Origin: Leucoraja erinacea
Taxonomy: Eukaryota
Length of the DNA stretch: 64,000 nucleotides
Direction of reading: 5' to 3'
Assembly (NCBI RefSeq): GCF_028641065.1
Contig: NC_073384.1
Coordinates: 17,050,001 to 17,114,000, forward strand
The notes under the pieces were generated by a model that had not been told where the DNA came from, did not search any database, and worked only from the letters and a program-made list of their open reading frames with translations. The stretch's first letter is position 1. Each line of letters begins with the position of its first letter. A program made the position numbers and the translations under genes. Positions 49,300 through 62,459 of the stretch are shown here, piece after piece.

Positions 49300-52200
49300 C
49301 TGTGGGTAATAACAACCAAAGATCAGAACAGATGATGACAACAAAAATAATTTGAAATGACTGGCAGCATGAAAGCTCTTGGATATTTATGAATATTCTG
49401 CACATGTATCCTCAATTTGTAAACTCTTTTGTTTTCTCCTGAGCTTCGCTCTTTCACTCTGCACTGAAATGACAAACAATACCTTTTGTAAAATCAACAG
49501 CTTAAAAGTACAAACACTGAATATCAAAGGTTAAATCCTGCTCCATGTAAATGCTTGTTGACTGTACACAGTGTGTTAAACTGAGCAGTAAATCAGGAAC
49601 AAAGCTGGCAGTTCTAGTAACATCCGTTTAGTATATGTAACATTCTGTTGCAGAGTCAGATAAAGAAGACAAAGGATATTCAGCATGCTTCCAACAACTC
49701 TTACAAATGTCTACACATGGACCGCATAAAGCATCCTATTGATTACATCACAGCCTAGTTTGGCAATTACTTTAACCTACACTCCACACTGCCTTGTGAA
49801 AGCAACCAACATAGTGAAAGACCATTCACTTCCCTGTTATTCCTACTTGTCCCCTCTCCTGTCGGGCAGATGATACAAAAATTTACAACATCTGGCAGCA
49901 GTTTTACGATACGAAACGATAACATTTTATTCATCCCCGGAGGGAAATTTGTCTGCCAACAGTCACAACACCCAAGGTACACAAATACTTGAAATTAAAA
50001 GTGAAGAAAAAGAAAAAGACAAGCAACTGTTGGCTGGCGTGTGCACAGCGCCTTAACCAGAACGAACGAACAAACAAAACAAACAAATGCAGAAGAGGAT
50101 CCTAAAATTAAAGTTCCCACTTTGTTCGCCCACTGTCCCTCAATGCAATCCCCCCCATGCCGGGTCCCCGTTGTTCATTGCAAGAGTCCTCACTTTCCTT
50201 GGCTCCTACTCTTTCCCTGGTTACCCTCTTACTCTAATACAATTGTTCAATCCTTGGGATGCTTCTTAATTTTGACTGTCAGTGATATTTTTTCTTGCCC
50301 CTTTCCTCTCCTAATTTATATTTAAAGTAGTCTTTTGCTCTCTTTATACCCAAGTGTCTCTCCTGTTTTCTCATCCAGATAACAATATTGATTAGTACGA
50401 GTGTCAGATGTTATGGGGAGAAGGCATGAGAATGGGGTTAGGAGGGAGAGATAGATCAGCCATGATTGAATGGTGGAGTAGACTTGATGGGCTGAATGAC
50501 CTAATTCTGCTCCTATCACATGATCTTATGATATGATAATCATTTATATCAAGCTATCAAACAGGACATAACTTACAGCTTAATGTTCCAGGTTTTTTGA
50601 TGTTTCAAGTGTGGTTGAGAAGGAGGTAAATGTACTGGAGGAGTTGCACTATTAAGGTTAGGCAGTGGATGTTGTAGATATTGATTTTAGTAAGGTTTTT
50701 GATAATTTTCTCATGATAAGCTGATCCAGAAATGTAAGATGTCTAGAATTCACGATGACTTGTTCATATGCATTCAGAAATGGCTTATTCATAGAAGACG
50801 CAGGGGTGTGGAAGGAAGATATTCTGGCTGGAGGTCTGTGACTAGTGGGAATCTGCTATTCTAAGCCAATGTCCTTTGCCGCAATTACTCTGTGGGAAAA
50901 CCCTCATTAACAATGTGGAACTGACAGAGGTGGGAGATGAGGACAAGTGGAACCCTATCCTTGTTCTGGGTGGACGGAGAGGGATTGAGAGCAGAAATGT
51001 GAGACTTGGTACATGAACAGTTGAGAGTCTTGTCAGCAATCACAGTCTTTTTCACAGCCGGAGAGGAAGGAGATAGAGAGCTCAGTAATATGGCTTAAAG
51101 ACAACAACTCCTCCCTCATTGTCAGTGATGATGATGAAACTTTTGTGGATATTGCCTCCATTTAATTTGCACAAAGGATTTCATTAGGTTCCAAAAATGT
51201 GAACACACAAAATATGAGGTGATTTTGTAAAACAAGAGACAGAGAAGTTCCATGATTCGCTGAGTGTGTCAAATGGCAATCCTTGGTAATCCTTAGGGAT
51301 CTTCACTTTTAACCAAATGGGAGAATTCAGAGTTATATATAAAAGCAAAATCAGATCTGAAGGAAAATCCTGGAAGCATTTAGCGGTTCAGACAGCAAAG
51401 TTGCGAGTGAAACTCAGTTCATAGTTTAGACAGTGACCGGATGTTCACACTTGTTCACATGATGTTCCATGTTTACAGACACGACTGAATTAGGAAGCTG
51501 AGGATGTCGTGCAAATTACAAAGATACAGACAGAGGCATTGAGTGGCCAGACTATGGAAGATGGAATTTATTGAGGGAAAATATGTCGACATATATTTTA
51601 GATCCGTCAATATCAAACCACTCTCTTCTTAACGCATCATCCCAGTTATTTTGAACATCGTTTGGTGGTATATGTAAATTAATTATTCATGTATCCTAAT
51701 CTATCATTCATGCCAGAGTCACCTTTACTCACCAATGACTTTAAACAATAGTCTTATCTTTTCAGGATCTTCCAGTGTCCAGTTGCTCTCTAATGCCAAT
51801 CCCAAAGGAGTGGTGGTGTGCTCTGATCCAGAATGCCCAGATGCCATCAGGGGGTTCGGCTACAAGGAGTTAACCAAGTTGGCCCTGCCCAAAATCTATC
51901 ACTTCACTGTGTATAGGAAGGAACTGTAGATGCTGGTTTACACCGAAGGTAGACAAAATGCTGGAGTAACTCAGCAACTCTGGATAAAAGGAATAGGTGG
52001 CGTTTCAGGTCGTGACCCTTCTTCAGCCACAGAGGAGTAGCAGCGAGAAAGGGTGTTGCCGAACTCCCATCAGAGGAGAACCTCCATGAAATAGGCCTAC
52101 CTTGAGGAGATTTCACAGAGGTCGAGACCCTTCTTCTGACACAAAGAAGGTCTGAAGTTGGTCTGAAGAAGGGTCTTGACCCGAAATGTCACCTATCCTT

Positions 52201-52367
52201 TTCTCCAGAGATGCTGCCTGACCCACTGAGTTACTACAGCATGTTGTGTCCATCGATCACTTCACATTCTCTGGATTGAATTCCACATGCCACACAATCA
52301 ATGGACAATCTAGTGCTGCCCTCCAGTGGCAGCAAACATTATTCTTCACTATCAGTAACACTGCCAA

Positions 52368-55300
52368 TTTTACTTCGGAGTCACGTAAGTGACTACGTGA
52401 AGAGCCCGCTCAGCACGCTTGCGCGGGATTACGTTCAGCAGTGCAACAGCGGCGCACCGGGAGTCAGGTGCTCCCGCTACAGGTGAAAGAACGGATCATC
52501 AGGTAAGTACCCTGAGGTTGGGTTTTCGTTCACAGGGAGCCTTCTGCTTTCAGGCAGAGAAGAAAGGCTCTTGGACAAATCTGTCCCCCGCTCGACTCCA
52601 CGGAGGAGCATTCCATCTGGGGATGGGGCAGCAACAAGGCGGTAGGACCGCTTACTCGGCGCTCCGCTTTTTCCCGACACCGAGCCGAGCCCAGCCCGCT
52701 AGCGCCTGAGCAGCGGACTGGAAGTAAAGCCACGGAAGAGGCATCCGGCCGGTGGCTTCTGACTTATCGGACGGGGACGTCTCTCCACCCGCCCGAGGGA
52801 GAGACAGCTGCCTGGAGCGGCTCCTGGAGCAGGAGCTCCAGCGAGACGCACTTCGTGAGGGGCGCTCTCACAGGGGGAGATCACGCACTCCCTCCACAGT
52901 GCCTTGTGCACTGCCCATTGCTTCCTCCTTACCCGAGGGTAGCTTTGGTGACCAGGACTGGGCTGGTCAAGAAGAGGGGACGATGGCTGAAGATCTCGGG
53001 AGTATGCAAGGGGTGCAGGAACAGGAAGAGCTGCTAGGTGTGGTGGACCGCTACGTGGCAACCCCACGTGCAAGAGGTCGTTAAAGGCCAAACCAGCGGC
53101 CAGCTTTAACCACCTCTCCAACAGGCCCCTACAGGAGAGGTGGTCAATAAGGCCTTAGAAAACTGCAGCGGATCCTCAGGCTCCTGACATCAGCCATCAC
53201 ATCGTTTGCTCGTTCCGTGGACAAATACGGAGATGACCACAATCTTCATAAACAAATCATAAAACCTGCCATAAAATCCAAAATTTGCGGGGTTGTGCAT
53301 ATCCCAGCCACTGAGCCAGACCCACTGCTCTTTGGCAAAGACCTCACAAAGCATATGAAGGATATGGAAGAGGCTTTAAAAAACTTTTGGTCTCATGAGG
53401 GCAGGCCCGGGACGAGCAAACCAAAAACAATAATTCCTAAGCAGCAGCACCCCATCGCGTCCATCAGTCGACGTCTACCATATGGGACTGGTGTAAAGCT
53501 CGGGGTCCGCATTCTATCCCCGGAAGTCTTCTTTAGACCAGGGCCCATAGCGGACCCCATGGAAAATGCGCCACCCCCCAACATCACCGCCACGTCAGAC
53601 AACGTGCAAGACTCGTTGGACCGGCAGGAAACAGAACAATAGCCATAACCATGGAGGTAGTTGGGTCTGGTTACTACCAGCATATAGAAAATATGGGCTT
53701 AATACTAATAGCGGGGAGATTACACCTGTTTTAAGAAGCACGGGAGTCTATCACGAGTGATCAGTATATACTCAATGGCATTAGTGGATACAAAATACAA
53801 TTCATACTAGAAAAATTGCCACCAGTTCAACATTCACCCCAGAGGGTATTTTCCCTCTCCGTTAAGGAAACGAGAGGGACAAGCTGAACTGGTGAGACTA
53901 ATTACAAAGGGTATCATGGGAAAACATGAACCCTTGGAATTCATATCAAATATTCGTCACTAAACCCAAAAAAGATGGTGGATGTCGCATCATCATTGAC
54001 TTAACCTTACTAAATTTGTTTGTTAAGCATATACATTTCAAAATGGAAACGGTTGTTACTGCCAAACAACAAATTTCCAAAGGATACTTCATGGCAAGCA
54101 TTGATCTTAAAGATGTTTACTATTTAGGACCATTCACAAGGACCATCGCAGATACCTGAAATTTACCTGGATGGGGCAGCCATGGCAGTTTAAAGCGTTA
54201 CCCAATGGGTTCACATCAGCCCAAGATTATTCACCAAGATACTAAAACCAGCTCTGGCAATATTCAGAAGACAAAAACATATTGTCATGGCATAACTTGA
54301 TGATATCTTAAATAATAGGCAAGACCATGGAATTGACTATGTTAGCTGTATAAGCTACCAAACAGTTATTCAAAACCCTGGGATTGTCTTACATCCAGAT
54401 AAATCTAAGTTGAAGCCATCCACAATCATGGACTACTTGGGCTTCACAATTAATTCAGTCTACATGACTGTAACATTGCCAAGAGACAAAACAGTTGAAT
54501 TGGCACAATCATGCAACAATTTAATGATTCGGACCTTTGCACTGTCAAAATTTACAAAGAGCAAAGGTACAGGCACCAAAACGACATACAGGTCATTATT
54601 ACCGTGTCATAAAGTTACCCACTGAAGCAATATCAGAACTACAGGAGTGGGCAAAAAAACATTTGGCATTGTTTCAGCCCTATTATCATCACTAACCCTA
54701 CGTTAGTTATCCAAACAAATGCCAGTGCTCAAGGCTGGGGAGCAACTAACTCTATATCCAGCACAAGTAGTAGATGGACTAACCCAGAGTCATCGTCACC
54801 ATTTACACTGGGCATTAATTATCTAGAGATGTTGGGTGACTTTTATGGTTTAAAAGCATATGCACAAATATGCATCACTTGCATGTACGGTTACAAATAG
54901 ATAATACTACGGTGGTGGCCTACATTAACCAAATGGGCGGCATAAAATCGGTATCATGCGACAAGTTGGTCAACACAATTTGGCAATGGTGTGTCGAAAG
55001 ACATATTTGGCTATCAGCAACTTACCTGCCAGGTAAGCTAAATACAGTGGCAGACACCAGGTCACGTAAATTTAATGACAACATCGAATGGATGTTAAAC
55101 CCCAAAAAATTCACAAAAGTTATCAAGCAATATGGCACACCAGATATCGATTTATTTGCATTGGCTAAATCACCAGGTACCTATGTATGTCGCTTGGGAA
55201 CCAGACCCTGAGGCAGCAGCGGTAGATGTGTTCGCGCTGGATTGGGGTAATTCTTCTTCTATGCATTTCCTCCCTTCTGCCTCATCAGTTGGGGACTACA

Positions 55301-56766
55301 CACAATACAAATGGACTCTGCTTCAGGTATTTTAATAGTACCCGACTGGCCTATGCAGCCATTGTTCTCAATACTCCATGACATGGTTGTTGAAACTCCG
55401 ATGGTATTCCCCAATGACCCAGAGTTATTAACACCCAGTGTCGGGCACAAGCCACCCGTGCCATGAAAAAAATCAAACTCCTGGGTTGCAGATTCTGCAT
55501 AAACCACTTCTGGGGCTGGAATTATCAGAACAAACCGTCGACACCATGTCAGCATCCCTCCGAACATCCACTAAAAAACAGCACTTGTCCAGCAGCAAAA
55601 AATGGGAGAAGTACTGCTTGGTACAGGGACCACCTACTCAACCGCAACAGTTACCAACGTACTGGAATTCCTGGCGAACGTTCACCACGATGAAGGACTT
55701 CAGGTACAGAGCCATCAACACAGCTAGAAGTGCCCTGCCTGTCTATTTAAAACCAGCTCCAGGACAACAGGCCATGGGGTCCCACCTGCTGGTGGTCAAA
55801 CTAATGAAGGGTATTTACAACTCTAACCCCCTAGACCAAGGTACACCCATATATGGGATGTCAGTGTGGTCCTGACATACCTCAGGGGATGGCCACCAGC
55901 CAGATCCCTCAACCTGGAACAATCTATGCACAAAACACTCATGTTGATGGCACTTGTATCTGCACAAAGGGTCCAGTCACTACACCTATTGCGACTGGAC
56001 ACCATGCTCACAGCTCCAGACTGGCTCAAGCAGGTGCTAAAAGCTGCTGGGATAAACACTAACATGTACAAATCTCATTCCACCAGGGCAGCATCCATGT
56101 CGACGGCTAAAAGAATGGATGTGCCTATAGACCACATCCTGGCTACAGCAGGATGGTTGGGGGAAAGACCGTTCAGAAATTTTATAATAAGCCGTTGGCA
56201 AAACCTGTTTTATTTGCAAAAAAGATTTTACAGACTGCAAATATTTAATTTAAGCCCAGGGGAGCAATTTAATTTCTTTGTTGTTATTGTTAAAAAATAC
56301 CATTGTGTTTCTTTCTCCGAACAGATTCATTGGTTCATTACGATAACACACTTCCTCCCTCAAGGATTTCGACAGTGCGTGAAGTAATACCTGTTACACG
56401 GTTTGAAATCACAGAGCTTTGAAGTCTGTGATTTCACAGTCCGTGACTCCGAAGTAAAATAGTAAGATTAAACGAGAACTTACCAGTTTTAAGTTTGATC
56501 TGTATTTTATGAGGAGTTACGATGAGGGATTACGTGCCCTCCGCTCTCACCCTCAATAATATGGGTCAAACTGATAAACTGATGTCTCCTTTTCTTTACT
56601 ATGTTTACTTCAATAACTGTGTCTATCTGTGATTCCACACCGCTGCTTTGAAGTATGCCGCGCATGCGTGCTGAGCGGGCTCTTCACATAATCCCTCATC
56701 GTAACTCCTCATAAAACACAGATCAAACTTCAAACTGGTAAGTTCTCGTTTAATCTTACTATTTTT
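52368..56766 (+). mobile_element. Structurally complete DIRS1-like retrotransposon, coding regions disrupted
   Basis: Left ITR from 52368, ICR about 56440-56535, right ITR and extension about 56660-56766, TTT termini. gag (53217..53642), RT (KPKKDGGCRIIIDL, MASIDLKD, YLGF), RNase H (LQIDNTTVVAYIN), methylase-like and YR (HSTRAAS) remnants. Confidence 0.95.
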
Positions 56767-58159
56767 GATATTAACTACAAGCTTCATATATTTGGTATTT
56801 TATGTTCAAATCAAAGGAATCATTTCTAAAGCTCACAAGAAGCAAGAGGCTGGGGAGAACCAATCCACAGATCCTTCCATTTAAAAATTCTCTCAGCATC
56901 CGTCATCCTGTTTCACTCAAGCAGCTAGTTCTCAACCCCTCCCACTCTGCTGATATTTTTACCCACATCATGCCTCTAATGCTTCTGCAATTATTTTTAA
57001 TTTTGGTTCACTGTGTTTTGATCACACTACAAAGAGAAGTAGGTAATTCCTAACCAAGTCCCTCAAGCTTCCCTCACCATTCAATATGATCATGGCTGAT
57101 CTGCCCAGAACTCATCTCATGACATATGACAATAAAACACACTTGACACTTGACACACATCCTGCACTCCTAAAAACAAGGGGAAAATCCTCTTGTCCTG
57201 CACAGCGGAGAGGGACTGTGTCAGATGCCCAAAAATCACAGGCGTAAGTGGCAGCGTTTTTTCTAAAATTAATATACAGAACAACAGGAAGTGGTCAAGA
57301 TCATACTTTTAGTAATACAGATATATATATATATATCTGTATTACGTGCGTATTTAGAAACAAAAAGCTGGAGTAACTCAGTGGGGCAGGCAGCATCTCT
57401 GGAGAGAAGGAATGGGTGATTTTTCAGGTTAAGACCCTTCTTCAGATGTGATGTTTCAGGTTGAGATCATTCTTCAGATATATGTGTATATATACACACG
57501 CTGAAGCTTTTTTTTCTTGTTTATTATGTTGTTTACAGTATACCATGTTCACATATTTTGTTGTGCTGCTGAAATTAAGAACGTTGTTCTATCTAGGACA
57601 TATGACAATAAAATATTCTTGACACTTGACATCTATCCTGCACTGCAATAAACAATCTGCTTGATGGGCGCAATGGTGGATATTCTGCCACGATTTCTCC
57701 TGAATTTCCCCAACACTTAGAGAATGTTTAAACTTTTCCTAGCAGCCTGGAAAGTTGCTAGGACCTGCATGCCTTGCCACATGCGTCGGGGTTCGGAGTT
57801 GTTATTGAAGTGCTCCTCAATCGTTAGCTTGTAGCTATGCACTACAAGCTAAGTTGCTTGGACCTAGAGAGACCTGCCTTTTACAATTCATATTTTGAAA
57901 CATGTTTTGAAATAACAGTGTTCCTCATTTCTTAAATACAACTGCAATAATAGTTAGAAAAAGGAACTTGCAAGTCCATTTTAACTCTTGAACTTCTACA
58001 GATATACAGTTGAGAGCATATTGACTGGTTGCATCAGGGTTCGTCCACTCAAACACCCAGGAGTGAAGAAGATTGCAAAAACTGGTGATCGCTGCCGTCC
58101 ATCATGGCTTCTGACCTCCCCGCCATCAAAGGAATTTACAGGAATCACTGCCTCAAAAA

Positions 58160-59150
58160 GGCAATAGACCATAGACAATAGGTGCAGGTGTAGGCCATAT
58201 GGCCCTTTGAGCCAGCACCACCATTCAATTTGATCATGGCTGATCATCCCCAATCAGTACCCCTTTCCTGCCTTCTCCCCGTATACCCTGACTCCGCTAT
58301 CTTTTAGAGCAGTATCTAGCTCTCTCTTGAAAGTATCCAGAGAACCGAACTCCACCGCCCTCTGAAGCAGAGAATTCCACACTCACAATTCTCTGTGAGA
58401 AAAAGAGTTTCCTCGTCTCCATTTTAAATGGCTTACCCCTTAATCTTAAACTGTGGCCCCTGGTTCTGGACTCCCCCAACATCGGGAACATGTTTCCTGC
58501 CTCTAGCGTGTCCAAACCCTTAATAATCTTATTTGTTCCAATAGGATGCCTCTCATCCTTCTAAACTGTAGAGTATACAAGCCCAGCTGCTCCATTCTCT
58601 CAGCATATGATAGACCCGCTATCCCGGGAATTAACCTAGTAAACCTACGCTGCACTCTTGTTTCTTCTAAATAATTTTTTTTGTATAACTTATGTTAAGC
58701 TGGAAAAAGTGAAGAAATTAATTACAAGGAGGTCGCCAGGACTCGAGAGACTGTGTTATAGGGAGAAGTCGGGTAACAAGGACTTTATTCCATATGGGGA
58801 TTTCCTTATTCCTGAGGGGTGATCTTATTGAGGTGTACAAAATCATGGGAGACATAGATAGGATGAAAGCACACAGTCTTTTTTCCCAGGGGAGGGTAAT
58901 CAAAACCAAGAGAGCATAGGTTTAAAGTGAGAGGGGAATAATTTAATAGGAACTAGAAGGCTTGTAGGTGGTGTTTTGTACATGGAACATGCTGCCAGAG
59001 AAAGTGGTTGAGTCATGTGCAATTCAACATTTATAAGGCATTTGGAAAAACACATATAGGAAAGGGTTTGAGGGATGTGAACAAAACATGGGCAAATGTG
59101 ACTAGTTTAGTTAGGGCATCTTGGTCAGCAAAGATGGGTTAGACTGATCC
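58160..59150. mobile_element. Two CR1 3' fragments in opposite orientations
   Basis: ORF 58297..58515 MFPMLGESRTRGHSL on the minus strand; degenerate plus-strand copy from about 58680. Confidence 0.75.
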
Positions 59151-59579
59151 TAGTTCTACATCTCTCCATATCACCATCAATATCCACTATCCATTAAGCC
59201 ACTAGGGGCGCCGCATTGATGGCAGCCTCTGCCTACAGTCTGTCTGTTTTTCTATCTTTTTTTAATTTTCAGTCTGTTTTTAAATTATGTTTTGGAGGTT
59301 TCTTTAGTTTTTCTATGTGGGGAGGGGGGTAGGATAAAGACTATCGTGTTCTAGGGTGCTCTTTATTATTTGTATGGCTGTATGGTGACCCCTTTCCCCT
59401 TACTCTCAATCTGAAGAAGAGTCTCGACCCGAAACGTCACCTCTTCTTTTTCTCCAGAGATTTTGCCTGACCCATTGAGTTACTCCAGCATTTTGTGTCT
59501 ATCTTTGGTTTGAACCAGCATCTGCAGTTCCTTCCTACACGCCCTGTTTCCGTGCTGTATGACTATGACTTGTTACTCT

Positions 59580-59920
59580 TTAAATTCAAGAACACTTAGA
59601 AAGTCATCAAAAACAGTCTGAAGAAATTCCACATCACATCGAGCAACCAGGAGCACATTGCACTGGACATGCTTTCTTAGAGGACATCCATGCATGAAGG
59701 AGCTGCACGTCACGAAATGGAACAACGGCGTGTCTCAGAGACAAAGCGACAGCACTGTAAGGAGAGAGAGAAGGAGGTTCGATGGACTACGTTGCACCAA
59801 GGTGTGTGGATCGCGGATCGGCCTCTACCGACATCTGCAGACCCACAAGTAGACGACCCTGTGGAGAGGAGAGGACAGTCATACTCGTTTCGAGTGACTG
59901 CCGATGATGATGCTGATGAT
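59580..59920 (+). mobile_element. RTE-clade LINE 3' end
   Basis: C-terminal zinc finger CTKVCGSRIGLYRHLQTH followed by a (GAT)n-like tail. Confidence 0.75.
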
Positions 59921-60239
59921 GTTAAAATCAATTTTGTTGTGGAATACAGAGTTTTTTCTCATGATTTGTCATTTCCATGATCTATTTGAAAATCTTGCCT
60001 GGGTTTGACCTTATTGAATCTGATGAATGTTAATCTGCCTGAAACTAACTCGGTTTCTCTCCCCACCCGCAGCTCTGAGTGGCTGAGTGTTCCTGGCTTT
60101 TGTGTTATTATCCTTCCTGCCTCTGCAGTCTTTTGCCTGTATCTCTTTATTGGGACAACATTTCTCCCTGGGCAATGTTCTCTCTCCTAATAGATTTATA
60201 AAATCTTTTTGTCATTAGATCTGATATTCTTCACACTGG

Positions 60240-60583
60240 CTTTTAATGCAAACATATATGTCAGGCTATTGTTCATTGACTGTGGCACAGCGTTCAACAC
60301 CATTATCCTGTCCAAACTCAGGGATCTGGGTCTCTGCTCCACCCTATTCAACTGGTTGCTAGACTTCCCCATTGGCGGACCTCAGTCAGTATGTATTGGC
60401 AACAATATCTCCTCATCAGTGACCATCAGTACAGGTGCACCACAAGGCTGCGTGTTCAAACCCCTGCTCTACCCTCTGTATACCCGTGACTGTGTAGCCA
60501 GACGAAGCTCCAAAGTCATCTTTAAATTCTCTGATGATACCACCATCCTTGGATCAGTAATGGATAATGCTGAGTCAGGGTAA
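60240..60583 (+). mobile_element. Rex1/Babar-like RT fragment (another antisense fragment at about 62130-62460)
   Basis: [16 protein letters not shown]...[13 protein letters not shown]...FKFSDDTT. Confidence 0.8.
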
Positions 60584-60874
60584 TGTAGGTATGTTACAAA
60601 ACTTACCTTCTGCAGCGCTGCAGTTCTGCCACTGGCTGTGTGCGCGATTTTGCCACCTTTGAGGAGGGGGGTTAAAGCGCGGTTTTCTCCTACCTTGTCA
60701 TGGATTATATTTTCTCGGACTGCAAGCTTTTCCTGAAGAATTGTTCCGACGGCCGTTCTGTGTATTTTTTTTTTTAATCGCCCGACAAGTTCAGCGCTGG
60801 AGTAATTTTAAAATCAGCTTCTAAAGCCGTCAACGCCAGCAACAGGGATGGATTTCACGTACAGAACAGGTAAA

Positions 60875-61238
60875 CCAGGGGCCACAGTTTAAGAATAAGG
60901 AGTAAGCCATTTAGAATGGAGACGAGGAAACACTTTTTCTCACAGTTGTGAGTCAGTGGAATTCTCTGCCTCAGAGGGCAGTGGAGGCAGATTCTCTGGA
61001 TGCTTTCAAGAGAGAGCTAGATAGGGCTCTTAAAAATAGTGAAGTCAGGGGATTATTAGAATTAGAATTACCTTTATTGTCATTCAGACCTTACGGTCTG
61101 AACAAAATTTTGGATATGGGGAGAAGGCAGGAACGGGGTGCTGATTGGGGATGATTAGCCATGATCACATCGAATGGCGGTGCTGGCTCGAAGGGCCAAA
61201 TGGCCTACTCCTGCACCTATTGTCTATTGTCTATTGTC
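60875..61238 (+). mobile_element. CR1 3' end
   Basis: WNSLPQRAVEA and (ATTGTCT)n tail. Confidence 0.85.
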
Positions 61239-61800
61239 ACTCGGAGAAATCCCACATGGTCACACAGAGCACCTACAAACTTCGTACAGATTAATGTGCC
61301 TAAAGCTAGTAAGTAAGAAATGTTTTGCTCCAGTCCACTTCTGCCGCTTATGAAAAATAAACACTCTTCCTGTTATTATGTCCCCTTCACACATCTCATT
61401 ACTTTTATTCCCTCTATTACATTTGCCTGTTTAATCTCCACTCTTTCTTGCATTTAATGCATTTCTTTTAGATATGGATTGCGAATGCACATGTTTTTCC
61501 TATCTTCTGATATTTCATGCTAATAATTTTCTCAGAGATGAATCAGAACAGCCTCAGATTACTTCTAAACCTTGATTACCAAAGCAGAGAAACAAATTGA
61601 TATCCATGCTTGGTAGGAATCCCAGAGCAGTACACTTCAGTGTCCTTCTCACAGCTAACCAAGAACACAAAACATCTCAATTTTAAACAGAAATATTCAA
61701 CTGTAAAATAGTAGATACACATCACTGCAATATGTAAATTGAACTTGAAAGCAGATGAAACTAACCCAGACTGGGTGACCCATCCTGGGACTGTACTTAC

Positions 61801-61849
61801 CCACTGCACAGAGGGACAGACTCAAGATGGAGAATATCAGTGCAAACAT
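61801..61849 (-). CDS. Gene B exon 1: signal-peptide (leader) exon, MFALIFSILSLSLCAV(G)
   Basis: ATG at 61849, 16 hydrophobic codons plus 1 nt, then donor G|gtaagt (phase 1). Joins in frame to the V1 exon to give MFALIFSILSLSLCAVGLTA-NTSLIQSP, a typical split IgSF leader. The link across a 12.5-kb intron is inferred. Confidence 0.8.
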
Positions 61850-61980
61850 GTTGTTAAACTTGATTTGCAAGGATTAGACTTCAGTTCATTCAGACCCGAT
61901 GTTCCCGTTGCTGTTTAAGACGTGACTGCGTCCTCTTCTACTTCCCCACAAGATTGTTTCACATTAAATGTGTGCAGTGT

Positions 61981-61991
61981 AAAGAGGAAGT
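61981..61991 (+). promoter_or_regulatory. PU.1/Ets-type purine box AAAGAGGAAGT about 130 bp upstream of the gene B ATG
   Basis: Close match to the PU-box consensus at a proximal promoter position. An octamer-like ATTTGCAA (7/8) lies at 61863-61870. Motif match only. Confidence 0.4.
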
Positions 61992-62459
61992 CATGGGGCA
62001 AGTGGGCAGTGGAAACCACTGAAAATTTACTCTCAAACTGTAGGCAGATCACCAGAGTAGTTTTCACCATTCTCTCTCGATGCATCGACAATGGTCACAG
62101 ATGCAAGTTTCAGACGTACTGAGGACAAATCTTTGCAGTCACCCCTGATGCTGAAATAGGGTTGTACAGGGTGGTTCAAGAACTTGATGATTGATGGGAA
62201 GAAGCTGCTCTTCAACCTGGAGGTAACAGCCTTCAGGCTCCTTTACCTTCTTCCTAATGGTACAGGGAGATGAGAGTATGGCCACGGTGATGTGGGTCTG
62301 TTTAAAGGTTGTTTTCTTGGCACCATTTGGTCAGTTGATCGATCTCCCCCCAATACTCTGACTCATCATCATCATAATTTGCTCAACTACGGTGGTGTCA
62401 TCGGCAAATTTGAAGATGGAGAAGGAACTGTGTCTGGCCACACAGTAATAGGTACAGAG

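Noticed and set aside
49567-49605. CACAGTG upstream of V1 as an RSS
   Set aside because: About 270 bp into the intron, with a poor nonamer at 12 or 23 spacing and not adjacent to a coding end.
51722-51929. Orphan exon-like segments on either strand (acceptor at about 51766 plus; donor at about 51731 minus)
   Set aside because: No recognisable domain or signal peptide, phase incompatible with the leader, and partly CR1-like.
57190-57325. Possible Helitron-like 5' end (minus strand TCTGTATTACTAAAA)
   Set aside because: No matching 3' hairpin/CTRR end or coding remnant identified; too weak to call.
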